From positions 4,512 through 68,511 of the forward strand of contig JBIOEJ010000010.1 of the NCBI GenBank assembly GCA_044445965.1: 64,000 nucleotides of DNA, given 5' to 3'. Each line of letters starts with the position of its first letter. Position 1 is the first letter of the stretch. Positions 48,836 to 58,277 of this stretch are shown here, piece by piece. The notes beneath the pieces are model-generated. The model saw nothing but the letters and a program-made list of their open reading frames with translations. It was not told the origin of the DNA and searched no databases. Position numbers and translations under genes: made by a program. This DNA is from Hyphomicrobiales bacterium (GTDB lineage: Bacteria; Pseudomonadota; Alphaproteobacteria; Rhizobiales; Beijerinckiaceae).

Positions 48836-49714
48836 ATGACCCAGAGCTCCGCGATCGCGCTTTCTGCCCCGGCGTTGCGAATGAACTACCGGCGCTCCTT
48901 CGCGCTGCTCACCGTCTATGTGCTGCTGCTCGCGGCGGTCACCGTCGTGCTGTTTCCGGTCTTCTGGATGGCTTCATCCTCTCTGAAGCCATCCTCCGAG
49001 CTGTTCGCGCGCAACATGACCATGCTGCCGGTCGACTGGACCTTCGAGAATTACCGCAATGTCTGGCAGCGCACGAGCTTTCCGGCCTATTTCTGGAACA
49101 GCTTCAAGGTCGCGTCGCTCTCGACACTCTTCAGCGTGATCATCTCGATGTATGCCGCCTACGCCATGGCGCGCATCCGTTTCGTAGGCCGCTACGCCTA
49201 TGGGCTGATGCTCCTCGTCACGCAGATGTTTCCGCATATCCTCCTGGTCATTCCCCTGTTCCTGATCATCCAGCGTCTCGGGCTCTTCAACACTCACGCG
49301 GCGCTGGTCATCGCCTATACGGCGTTCTCGCTGCCCTTCACCATCTGGCTGCTGCGCGGCTTCTTCGAAGCGATCCCTGCCGAGCTCGAGGAAGCGGCGG
49401 CAATCGACGGGGCCTCTCAGCTCACCACCTTCCACCGCATCATCCTGCCGCTCGCGGGTCCAGGGCTCGCGGCGGTCACCATGTTCAGCTTCATCCGCGG
49501 CTGGAACGAGTTTCTGTTCGCGCTGGTCTTCCTGCAGTCGCACGAGCTTTTCACCCTGCCCATCGGGCTCGCGAGCTTCCAGGAAGAATACACCTTCCGC
49601 TGGGATCTCCTGATGGCGGGCGCCGGCATCATCACGCTTCCGGTTCTCTTCTTCTTCCTGCTGATGCAGCGCTTCATCGTGCAGGGCCTGCTGGGCGGCG
49701 CCGTCAAGGGCTAG
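48836..49714 (+). CDS. carbohydrate ABC transporter permease (MalG-like)
   Basis: 292 aa with EAA loop ELEEAAAIDGASQLTTFHRIILP. Confidence 0.9.
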   Translation: MTQSSAIALSAPALRMNYRRSFALLTVYVLLLAAVTVVLFPVFWMASSSLKPSSELFARNMTMLPVDWTFENYRNVWQRTSFPAYFWNSFKVASLSTLFSVIISMYAAYAMARIRFVGRYAYGLMLLVTQMFPHILLVIPLFLIIQRLGLFNTHAALVIAYTAFSLPFTIWLLRGFFEAIPAELEEAAAIDGASQLTTFHRIILPLAGPGLAAVTMFSFIRGWNEFLFALVFLQSHELFTLPIGLASFQEEYTFRWDLLMAGAGIITLPVLFFFLLMQRFIVQGLLGGAVKG

Positions 49715-49838
49715 GCCTTGGCGCTCGATCTGACCAGGAGGCATTCGATGTAAGGAACACGCTCGCGACCCCGCAAGAATTCATCGGACCGTTTGCTTGC
49801 CACGACAAGACGCAAGTCAGAGAAAATGGAGCTTGAAT

Positions 49839-50792
49839 ATGAAATTCGGAGCATCGTCATGGCCCTTCCAATGGGACCCGCCTTACGAGGACGCCATCCG
49901 GCGCATCGCCGGGCTCGGCTTCAAGGCTATCGAGTTGATCGCCTGGAACCTGGATTCGCTCAAGGACAACTACACGAAAGCCAAGATCGCCAATCTGAAA
50001 TCGGTCCTCGAAGCCGAGGGGATCGCGCTGTCCCAGTTCGTGTCGACGCCGCATGATCTGTCCAGCGCCGAGAAAGGGAAGCGCGAGGCGGCCGTCGATC
50101 ACTGGAAACGCGCGGTCGAAGTCGGCGCGGAGCTCGGGTCTCCCATCGTCAACATGGTGAGCTCCCACGCCTTCGCCATGAGGGATGCCCAGGAGATCCC
50201 GCGCATCACCACCAAGCCGCTGGTGCAGAAATTTGCCGCCAAGGTTCCGCGCGGCGTCGACTGGGACCAGAACTTCAAGGACTATGTCGCGGCGCTGCGG
50301 AGCTGCGCCTCCATCTGCGAGCGCGCCGGGGTATCGATGACGGTCGAGCCGCACCCGGCGAGATATGTTGCCAATACGGACGGCGCCTTGCGCCTCATCG
50401 AGCATGTCGGCTCGAAGGCCATGGGCATCAACTTCGACCCGAGCCACACCTTTCCGGTCGGCGACTTCCCCAACATATCGGTGTATCGCCTCGGCAAGCA
50501 TATCAAGCATTGCCACGTCTCCGACAATGACGGCGTCACCAATGTTCATTGGCGTCCCGGCATGGGCAAGATCGATTGGCTGGCGATGTTCCAGGCGCTC
50601 AAGGATGTGGGTTATGACGGCGTCATCTCGATCGAGCTGGAGGACGTGCCCGGCGTGTCGCGGGGGCCTCATTCGGCGGCGCCCGGCGTCTACAGGAACA
50701 TCACCGCGACCGAGGAGTTCGTCGCCGAGACGGTCGCCGGCATGAACTACCTGAAGGGGATCTGCAAGGAGCTCGCCATCAAGGTCGAGTGA
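49839..50792 (+). CDS. sugar phosphate isomerase/epimerase (xylose-isomerase-like TIM barrel)
   Basis: Start re-set to ATG 49839 (MKFGASSWPFQW...), with GGAG upstream. Confidence 0.8.
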   Translation: MKFGASSWPFQWDPPYEDAIRRIAGLGFKAIELIAWNLDSLKDNYTKAKIANLKSVLEAEGIALSQFVSTPHDLSSAEKGKREAAVDHWKRAVEVGAELGSPIVNMVSSHAFAMRDAQEIPRITTKPLVQKFAAKVPRGVDWDQNFKDYVAALRSCASICERAGVSMTVEPHPARYVANTDGALRLIEHVGSKAMGINFDPSHTFPVGDFPNISVYRLGKHIKHCHVSDNDGVTNVHWRPGMGKIDWLAMFQALKDVGYDGVISIELEDVPGVSRGPHSAAPGVYRNITATEEFVAETVAGMNYLKGICKELAIKVE

Positions 50793-51135
50793 TGCGGAGG
50801 GTTGTTCAAGCCGACCTGTCATGGCGAGCGCCCATCCCTCCTGCGCGCAGCGGGGGAGGGCGGACGCCATAGTTTGCTGCGGACGCAGCAAACGTTGTTT
50901 GCTGCTATGGCCCTTGCCGAGCGGCCGGGTGGGGGCCTTCATGACGAGGCACTCCACCCGGCCCTCCGCTTCGCTCGGGCCACCCTTCCCTGCAAGCATC
51001 TGCAAGCATGGGAGGGATAGTCGATGCCGATCATCATCAACAGCCGCAGGGATAGTCCCGCGGCGGCGCGGGCGGCATGCAGAGGAACGCGGCGCCCGCG
51101 CGCCTGTTCGCGCCAAGTTCGGAAAGTAGCACGAC

Positions 51136-52245
51136 ATGTCGAAACGCGGGCTGATCTTCGTCGGAACCTATAGCGAGCCGATCCTGTTCGGGACCGGACA
51201 GGTGCTGCACGGCAAGGGGAAGGGCATCCATGCCTATCGCTTCGACCCCGCGACCGGCGCTCTCGAGCCGTGCGGCGTCACCGAGGGCGTGCGCAACTCA
51301 TCCTATCTGGCCTTTCATCCTTCGCGCCGCTTCTTGTATTGCGTCAACGAGTTCAAGGAGTTCGAGGGCGCAGCGAGCGGCGCGGTCAGCGCCTTCAGGG
51401 TGGATAAGGAGACGGGCAAGCTGACCTTCCTCAACATGAGGGCGAGCCGCGGCACCGACCCGTGTCACCTGATCGTCGATGCGACGGGGCGATATGTGCT
51501 GATCGCCAACTTCGCGAGCGGCGGCGTCTGCGTGCTGCCTGTCCTGGCGGACGGCTCGCTCGGCGAAGCGACAGAGCTCGTGCAGCATCAGGGCTCGAGC
51601 GTCGATCCGAGACGCCAGGCCGGCCCCCACGCCCATGCGGTGGCGATCGACAACGCCAACCGTTACGTGTTCGTGCCCGATCTCGGGCTCGACAAGGTCA
51701 TGATCTACGCCTTCGACTCAGGCTCGGGAAAGCTTCGGCCGAACCCGCATCAGCCTTTCGTCGCGACCGCCCCGGGCGCCGGGCCGCGCCAGCTCGTCAT
51801 GCACCCGCGCGGCCGGTTCGCCTATCTGATCAACGAGCTGAACTCGACGATGAGCGCCTATCGCTACGAGGCCGAGACCGGGAGCCTCGCGGAGCTCCGG
51901 ACGCTTTCGACCCTGCCAGCAGGTTTCGGCGCCCACAGCACTTGTGCCGAGGTCCAGATCACGCCCTCCGGCAAGTTCCTCTACGGATCGAATCGCGGGC
52001 ATGACAGCTTGGCGATCTACGCGGTCGACGATGAGGCCGGCACGCTGACCCTCGTCGGCCATGAGAGCACGCGAGGGAAGATCCCGAGGAATTTCGAGGT
52101 GAGCCCGACCGGCGAATTCCTCGCCGCGGCCAATCAGGATACCCACAACATCGTCATGTTCAGGATCGACGGGGCCACCGGCAAGCTCACCGCCACGGGC
52201 CACACGGCCGAAGCTGGGACGCCCATCTGCGTGCGGTTCATGTAG
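51136..52245 (+). CDS. lactonase family protein (7-bladed beta-propeller, Pgl/3-carboxymuconate-cyclase-like)
   Basis: 369 aa with repeated blade pattern and HPSRRFLYCVNE / HPRGRFAYLINE motifs. Confidence 0.85.
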   Translation: MSKRGLIFVGTYSEPILFGTGQVLHGKGKGIHAYRFDPATGALEPCGVTEGVRNSSYLAFHPSRRFLYCVNEFKEFEGAASGAVSAFRVDKETGKLTFLNMRASRGTDPCHLIVDATGRYVLIANFASGGVCVLPVLADGSLGEATELVQHQGSSVDPRRQAGPHAHAVAIDNANRYVFVPDLGLDKVMIYAFDSGSGKLRPNPHQPFVATAPGAGPRQLVMHPRGRFAYLINELNSTMSAYRYEAETGSLAELRTLSTLPAGFGAHSTCAEVQITPSGKFLYGSNRGHDSLAIYAVDDEAGTLTLVGHESTRGKIPRNFEVSPTGEFLAAANQDTHNIVMFRIDGATGKLTATGHTAEAGTPICVRFM

Positions 52246-52432
52246 CGATCGGTCCGACGGAGGGTGCGCCCCCGCGCACCCTAGCGGCAGCGCCCGGGCG
52301 GCGGGACGCCGCCCCTCCGGCGCCCGGTATGACAAAGTCGGCTACAATGTGTAGCCTCGTGGAGCGCAAAGCCCCGGACGCCGTCGAGCGGCGCCGGTCG
52401 GTCGAAACAACAATGGCTGAGGGAGGTTGCGA

Positions 52433-53686
52433 ATGAACAAGACGACACCGATGAAGCTCATCGCCCGCCGCACGATCCTCAAGGCGGGAGCGGCGGCCGG
52501 CGCGCTGCAGATCTCGTCGCCCTTCATCCTTTCCGCGCGCGGAGAGGCGCCGGTCCGGATCGGCATGGTCGACCCGTTGACCGGCGTCTACGCGGCGGTC
52601 GCAGAAAGCGAGGTGGCGGGGGCCAAGCTCGCCGTCGAGCATGTCAACAAGAAGGGCGGCATCCTCGGCAGGCAGGCCGAGCTTCTGGTCGAGGATTCGG
52701 CGAATGATGTCGGCACCGGCGTGCAGAAGACGCGCAAGCTGATCGACCGCGATCAGGTCAACTGCGTCATCGGCGATGTGAATTCGGGAATCGCGCTGGC
52801 GATGGCCGGGGTAACCTCCGAAAAGAAGGTTCTGCACATCGTTTCCGGCGGCCATACCGACGTGGTCACCGGCGAGGGCTGCCGGTGGAACGTGTTCCGC
52901 GTCTGCAACACCACGACGATGGACGTCAACGCCATCGCCGACACCTTGATGGAGAAGTTCGGCAAGAAATGGTATTTCCTGACGCCGGACTATGCCTATG
53001 GCCATTCGGTGCAGGCGGCCTTCGTGAAGAAGCTCAAGGCCGCGGGCGGCGAGTTCGGAGGCGACCTCATTCCGCTCGGCACGCCCGACTACTCCGCCTA
53101 TCTGATCAAGGCCAAGTCCTATGGGCCGAAGGTGCTCGTCAACGTCATGGGCAGCGGCGACCAGGTGAACAGCCTGAAGCAGTTCGTCGCCTTCGGCCTC
53201 AATCGCGACATGGCGGTCGGCGGCACGCTTTTCGAGCTCGAATCCTTGCGCGCCGTGCCCGACGGCGCGCGCGTCGGCTGGTGGACCATGGAGTGGTGGT
53301 GGGATCAGCCGGACAATCCCCATGTCAAGGCGTTCGTCGCCGATATCAAGAAGGCGACCGGCATGAACCCCACGGCGAGGAACTGGTTCGGATACGCCTC
53401 GGTGCAGAGCTTCGCGCTCGTCGCCAACCAGGAGAAGACGATCGACGGGCTGAAGCTCGCCCATGCGCTCGAAGGCTTCAAGCTGCCGCCCGAGGTCGGA
53501 ATGCTGCCGGGCCAGTCCTATTATCGCGCTGGCGACCACCAGCTGATCAGCCCGGTTCTCGCCGGCGAGGCCCATCCCCCGAAGGGTGATCCCGACAACA
53601 TGTTCTCCGTGCAGACAGTCGTCTCGGGCGAACAGGCCGCCGGACCGGTGACGGAGACGGGCTGCAAGCTCGTCTGGCCAAGCTGA
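52433..53686 (+). CDS. ABC transporter substrate-binding protein (LivJ/branched-chain amino acid type), orphan
   Basis: Start re-set to ATG 52433 (GAGGGAGG upstream). Tat-like signal RRTILKAGAAAGAL. Periplasmic-binding type-1 fold. Confidence 0.85.
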   Translation: MNKTTPMKLIARRTILKAGAAAGALQISSPFILSARGEAPVRIGMVDPLTGVYAAVAESEVAGAKLAVEHVNKKGGILGRQAELLVEDSANDVGTGVQKTRKLIDRDQVNCVIGDVNSGIALAMAGVTSEKKVLHIVSGGHTDVVTGEGCRWNVFRVCNTTTMDVNAIADTLMEKFGKKWYFLTPDYAYGHSVQAAFVKKLKAAGGEFGGDLIPLGTPDYSAYLIKAKSYGPKVLVNVMGSGDQVNSLKQFVAFGLNRDMAVGGTLFELESLRAVPDGARVGWWTMEWWWDQPDNPHVKAFVADIKKATGMNPTARNWFGYASVQSFALVANQEKTIDGLKLAHALEGFKLPPEVGMLPGQSYYRAGDHQLISPVLAGEAHPPKGDPDNMFSVQTVVSGEQAAGPVTETGCKLVWPS

Positions 53687-53792
53687 GAGCACGAATCCTC
53701 GCCCGAGACCTGCGCCCCGGCATGCTTGCCGAATGCCGGGGCAAATCTCGAGACCGGGGCGCAACTCGTCACGATGCGCTATCGCGGCCGGA

Positions 53793-54452
53793 TCAGGCCG
53801 CCTGCCGGCCCGCTCGTTCATTCAGCTTCGCACGCGCGAGGCGGCGCCGCAAAGACGTCCAGAGCTGGCGCATCTCCTCGGCCGCGTCGCCAGCCGGGTT
53901 GATCTCGGTCGGGCCGAGGCCTCGGCGGATCGCCTCTTGATAGTCGACCCGCGCCGAAATCATCGGCTGCAAGATGCCGCCCATGGCTTCGAGCGCGGCG
54001 GCGCCCTCCTGAAGGCGGCGGCTTCCGAGCACGATCGGGCATTGATTGAGCACGAACACGCATTCTTTGTGGAGCTCTCTCGCCCGACGCCGCGTCGCTT
54101 CGCTCGACCAAATGTCGAACACCGTCGGGCGGACCGGGATGATGACGAGATCGGCCGCCCTCATCGCGGCGTCGGAGGCGGCCGAAAGGCTGGCCGGCGT
54201 GTCGATGATCGCCAACGACACATGGCTTTCGGCGAGAGTCTCGAGCACGGCCGGCAATTTGTACCAGGCTATCGCCTGGACACCGAGGTTTTCGTCGCTC
54301 CGGTTCTGTGCCCAAGTGGTCAGCGATTTTTGCGGATCCATATCGATCAGGAAAACCCTTTGGCGCTCGGCCTGCGCCGCGACCGCGAGGGAGGCCGAAA
54401 GCGTGCTCTTGCCGGAACCGCCCTTTTGCGTGACCAAGGCAATGGTGCGCAT
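53793..54452 (-). CDS. ParA-family ATPase (orphan)
   Basis: Deviant Walker A QKGGSGKST near the N-terminus (MRTIALVTQKGGSGKSTL). An alternative ATG lies at 54479. No partner ORF follows. Confidence 0.85.
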   Translation of the reverse strand: MRTIALVTQKGGSGKSTLSASLAVAAQAERQRVFLIDMDPQKSLTTWAQNRSDENLGVQAIAWYKLPAVLETLAESHVSLAIIDTPASLSAASDAAMRAADLVIIPVRPTVFDIWSSEATRRRARELHKECVFVLNQCPIVLGSRRLQEGAAALEAMGGILQPMISARVDYQEAIRRGLGPTEINPAGDAAEEMRQLWTSLRRRLARAKLNERAGRQAA

Positions 54453-54671
54453 CTGCGAACTCGTCCTGCTTGCCGACATGCCGCCTGATCGTCAGGCCGG
54501 CGAATCCGTCCGCAACAGACTATTCACCAAGATTATGAGGAAGCTGTTAACCACGGGTGGAGTGAAGGCTTGCGGCCCTCGACGGCTGCGAGACGCGCGG
54601 GAATCATTTCAATTCGTGCCGGCGGCAGCTGGTCGATCGGCGCGCATGAGAATTGCCCTCCCCTATGGTCT

Positions 54672-55457
54672 TCAGCCCGGAGATACCTTTTGGCGACGGG
54701 CTCCGGTTCCGACGACGAGCCCGATGATCGAGCCGAGGATGACGCAGGTCACGCCGACGGTGCCGATGAGCCCCTGCAGGAAAATCGGGTCATACCCGAA
54801 AAGAGGGGCGGCGGCCGTCGGCAGGAGCCAGTAATGAAGCGCCTGGAAGGCGAAGCCGAAGAACCTCGCCATCTGCAAGCTGAAGCGCTTGACCGTGTAG
54901 TTGCCTTGGAGGAAGTGCCAGAACAGCGCCTTGGCGATGACCCATTGGCCTCGGGCCACGAAGACGATCATGAAGCCGACCGAAATCCAGGCTATCCATT
55001 TTTCGTAGTCGTGCACGATCCGGCGTACGGCCGGGCTGGCGCCCCAGACCATGGTCCCGAGAATCGCCGCCGACAGCCACATCATCATTCCGGCGTGATA
55101 GCGCCATGCCAGGAATGTTCCGTCCTTGCTCGTCACCATGGCATGGACGATCACGACCACGAACAGCGTCCCGATGCGGGTTGCGATGATATAGCCATCG
55201 AGAAGCACGAGCCCGGTGATCGTCAGCGGCAGGAGCTGAGCCACCAACATCGTGAAGTAGCCTTCAGGATATTGCCCCGGCCCGGTTTCCTTTCGAACCG
55301 TCGCCGCATGATATTTTGCGCCCAGCGCAAAGAGGCCGGCCGCGAAGACGACGTACATCAGCGCGGACACCATCAGGAACAGGTTGTAGCGCAGGCCCCA
55401 TTCGAGCCAGTCGTGAATCTCGCGCTGATGGGTCTGATACCAATCCAGCATCGCCAT
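54672..55457 (-). CDS. hypothetical integral membrane protein (~7 TM, 261 aa)
   Basis: Multiple hydrophobic helices and Trp-rich loops. No family recognised. Looks more A/T-rich than its surroundings by eye. Confidence 0.6.
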   Translation of the reverse strand: MAMLDWYQTHQREIHDWLEWGLRYNLFLMVSALMYVVFAAGLFALGAKYHAATVRKETGPGQYPEGYFTMLVAQLLPLTITGLVLLDGYIIATRIGTLFVVVIVHAMVTSKDGTFLAWRYHAGMMMWLSAAILGTMVWGASPAVRRIVHDYEKWIAWISVGFMIVFVARGQWVIAKALFWHFLQGNYTVKRFSLQMARFFGFAFQALHYWLLPTAAAPLFGYDPIFLQGLIGTVGVTCVILGSIIGLVVGTGARRQKVSPG

Positions 55458-55644
55458 CTCGACAACAGTGCCCGTTACGACTGCGCGGTCCCGCCGCTTC
55501 CGGTTTCCGTTTGGCAGTTTGCATCGTCAATCGCCACCGCAATTGAACTTGCATTGCCATTCCAACCGCACGATGACGAAGGCCAGGAAACCTCTTGGCC
55601 ATGCTCCCGCATGGCCCATCAGCTCTGCCCTCCTTCAGCGATCA

Positions 55645-56643
55645 ATGCCTCCGCCCATGCTCACGCCGATCCGAACCTTGAGCCTCGCGCTCTTCATCCT
55701 TCACGCGCCGGCCGCCCTGGCGCAGACGCAATGGCGCATGGAGACCGAATACCCCGAGAGCGCCATGCCGGGTCAGGGCCTTGCGACCTTCGCCAGGCTA
55801 GTCGCCGAGAAGTCGGGGGGCAAGCTGGTCATCCGGCCGAGTTATGACGCGTCCTTGGGCATCAAGTCCGCCGACATGCCGGCGGCGGTCGCCACGGGAC
55901 GCTTGGAGGCGGCGGACGCCTTCGCGGGCGCCCTCGAGGCGGTCGATCCGATCTTCGGATTGTCGTCTCTGCCCTTCCTCGCCCGCTCGATCCCGGCGGC
56001 GCGGCGGCTCGCCGATCTCGCCCGCCCCGCCTACGAAAAAGCTCTCGAGGCGCATGGGCAGAGACTACTCTATATGACGCCTTGGCCAGCCTCGGGGATC
56101 TGGTCGAAACAGAGGCTCGAGACGACGCAAGACCTGGCTTCGCTCAGCATCCGAACCTATGATTCGCCTTCGACCGAGGTCATGACCAGGTTGGGCGCGA
56201 AGGCGCTGCTTCTATCCTTCGCCGATGTGATGGGGAAGCTCGCCGACGGCTCCGTCAATGCCGTGCTGTCGTCGGGGGACGGGGGCGCCGGCCGGCAGTT
56301 GTGGAATCTCCTGCCGCATTTCACCGAGATCAACTATGCGATGCCGCTGTCGCTGGCGACGGTGAGCCTCACCGCCTATCGGGCTATCCCCGAGGATATG
56401 CGAGCCGCGGTCGATGAGGCGGCAAGACAAACCGAAGCCCGGCAATGGGAGATCCTGGGCACGCGCATCGAGGAGAATTATGCGCGCATGCGGGCGCATG
56501 GCGTCACCATCAATTCGACGGTCGATCCCGGCATGGCGCGCGCCCTGACGATCGCCGGCGAGAAGGTCAGCGCGGATTGGCGAGCGAAGGCCGGGGCCGC
56601 GGGCGCGGCAATCCTCGACGCCTTCGCCAAGGCATCGCCGTGA
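55645..56643 (+). CDS. TRAP transporter substrate-binding protein (DctP family), orphan
   Basis: Start 55645 (or 55657). Signal peptide then QTQWRMETEYPES... of DctP type. No dctQ or dctM is present in the window. Confidence 0.85.
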   Translation: MPPPMLTPIRTLSLALFILHAPAALAQTQWRMETEYPESAMPGQGLATFARLVAEKSGGKLVIRPSYDASLGIKSADMPAAVATGRLEAADAFAGALEAVDPIFGLSSLPFLARSIPAARRLADLARPAYEKALEAHGQRLLYMTPWPASGIWSKQRLETTQDLASLSIRTYDSPSTEVMTRLGAKALLLSFADVMGKLADGSVNAVLSSGDGGAGRQLWNLLPHFTEINYAMPLSLATVSLTAYRAIPEDMRAAVDEAARQTEARQWEILGTRIEENYARMRAHGVTINSTVDPGMARALTIAGEKVSADWRAKAGAAGAAILDAFAKASP

Positions 56644-58235
56644 CCGTGGATGAATTCGACTACGTGATCATCGGCGCGGGCTCGGCCGGCTGCGTGCTGG
56701 CGCGGCGCCTCGTCGAGACCGGCAAGTTTCGCGTCTGCCTCCTGGAGGCAGGCCCGCCCGACCGCTCGCTGTGGATCCATCTGCCGATCGGCTACGGCAA
56801 GACGATGTGGGACGGGCGCGTCAATTGGAAGTTCGAGACCGATCCCGATCCCGGCATGAACGGCAGGCGGATCTATTGGCCGCGCGGCAAGACGCTCGGC
56901 GGATCGAGCGCCATCAACGGCCTGATCTATATCCGCGGCCAGCGCCAGGATTATGATGCTTGGGCGGATGCCGGCAATCCCGGCTGGAGCTTCTCGGAGG
57001 TGCTACCCTATTTCGTCAAGGCCGAGAGCAATGAGCGCGGGGCCGACAACCTGCATGGCGCGAGCGGCCCGCTGTCGGTCTCCGACATCCATGAGCGCCA
57101 TGAGCTGATCGAAGCGCTGCTATCGGGCGCGGAAGAGCTCGGCATTCCGCGCAACGCCGATTTCAACGGCGCCACACAGGAAGGGGCAGGCTATTACCAG
57201 CTCAATACGCGCAAGGGGCTGCGCTGCAGCACCGCGACCGGCTATCTGAAGCCGGTGCGCCGGCATGGCAATCTCAGCGTGCGCACGGGCGCCTTGGCCA
57301 AAAGGATCGTCTTCGAGGGCAGGCGCGCGACGGGCGTCGTCTATGGGCAAGACGGCGCGGAGCGCGAAGTGAAGGCGCGGCGCCAGGTGCTGCTTTGCGC
57401 CGGCGCCGTCCAGAGCCCGCAGCTCCTGCAACTCTCCGGCATCGGGCCGCCAGGGCTGCTCGGGCGTCATGACATCAAACTCGTGCACGCGAGCCATGAG
57501 GTCGGCGAGAACCTGCAAGACCATCTGCAGGTGCGGCTGATCTATCGCTGCACCAAGGCGATCACGACCAATGACGAATTGCGTTCGCTCATGGGGCGCG
57601 CGCGCATCGCGCTCAAATGGCTCCTGAGGCGCGAAGGTCCCATCGCCATCGGCATCAACCAAGGCGGCATCTTCGCCCGCGCCCTACCGGAGGCCGAGCG
57701 GCCGGACGTGCAATTCCATTGCGGCACCCTCTCGGCCGATATGGCGGGCGGCAAGGTGCATGATTTCTCGGGCTTCACGCTGTCGGTCTGCCAGCTGCGG
57801 CCGAGCTCGCGCGGCCAGGTGCGCATCCGATCGGCCGATCCGGCGGCGGCCCCCGCGGTGCAGCCGCATTACCTGTCGACCGAGCTCGACCGGCGCACGA
57901 TGATCGCCGGCATCAAGCTGACGCGCCGGCTCGTCGCGACCTCGGCCGCCGCGCCCTATGTGGCGCAGGAGATGAAGCCGGGCGAGAGGGTCGCGAGCGA
58001 TGACGAGATCCTCGGCTTCGTGCGCGAGGCCGGCGCCACGATCTTCCATCCCACCAGCACTTGCCGCATGGGTCCCGACCCCGGCGCGGTGGTCGATGCG
58101 CGGCTTCGCGTCAAGGGCGTCTCGGGCCTGCGCGTCGTCGACGCCTCGATCATGCCGACGCTGGTCTCGGGAAACACCAACGCGGCCGTCGTGATGATCG
58201 CGGAGAAGGCGGCGGATATGATTATCTTGGAGTAA
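56640..58235 (+). CDS. GMC-family FAD oxidoreductase (choline-dehydrogenase-like; IseJ-like candidate)
   Basis: GTG at 56640 overlaps the DctP stop (GTGA). DYVIIGAGSAGCVLARRL; C-terminal HPTSTCRMG...VVDASIMP. Confidence 0.9.
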   Translation: MTVDEFDYVIIGAGSAGCVLARRLVETGKFRVCLLEAGPPDRSLWIHLPIGYGKTMWDGRVNWKFETDPDPGMNGRRIYWPRGKTLGGSSAINGLIYIRGQRQDYDAWADAGNPGWSFSEVLPYFVKAESNERGADNLHGASGPLSVSDIHERHELIEALLSGAEELGIPRNADFNGATQEGAGYYQLNTRKGLRCSTATGYLKPVRRHGNLSVRTGALAKRIVFEGRRATGVVYGQDGAEREVKARRQVLLCAGAVQSPQLLQLSGIGPPGLLGRHDIKLVHASHEVGENLQDHLQVRLIYRCTKAITTNDELRSLMGRARIALKWLLRREGPIAIGINQGGIFARALPEAERPDVQFHCGTLSADMAGGKVHDFSGFTLSVCQLRPSSRGQVRIRSADPAAAPAVQPHYLSTELDRRTMIAGIKLTRRLVATSAAAPYVAQEMKPGERVASDDEILGFVREAGATIFHPTSTCRMGPDPGAVVDARLRVKGVSGLRVVDASIMPTLVSGNTNAAVVMIAEKAADMIILE

Positions 58236-58249
58236 GACTGCGATCTCAA

Positions 58250-58277
58250 CTACCGACTACCGACTACCGGCTACTCG
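58250..58277. repeat. four tandem heptamers CTACCGA CTACCGA CTACCGG CTACTCG
   Basis: Perfect 7-nt register. The array spans the stop and the last 6 codons (RVAGSR*) of the citrate synthase gene on the minus strand. Confidence 0.9.

Noticed and set aside
49786-49800. GGACCGTTTGCTTGC upstream of the TIM-barrel isomerase gene as a sigma-54 promoter
   Set aside because: The GG-to-GC offset is 13 rather than 12 and TGGCAC is absent. The match is too weak.
51084-51108. GGAAC-N16-TGTT 28 nt upstream of the lactonase ATG as an EcfG promoter
   Set aside because: The spacing is right, but the -10 deviates at its first, highly conserved position (T for C). I cannot judge it without expression data. 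It is recorded here rather than called.
55512-55524. TGGCAG-TTTGCAT upstream of the DctP-like gene, which superficially resembles a sigma-54 -24/-12 element
   Set aside because: The GG and GC dinucleotides are only 8 nt apart instead of the strict 12-nt offset, so this cannot be a functional -24/-12 promoter.
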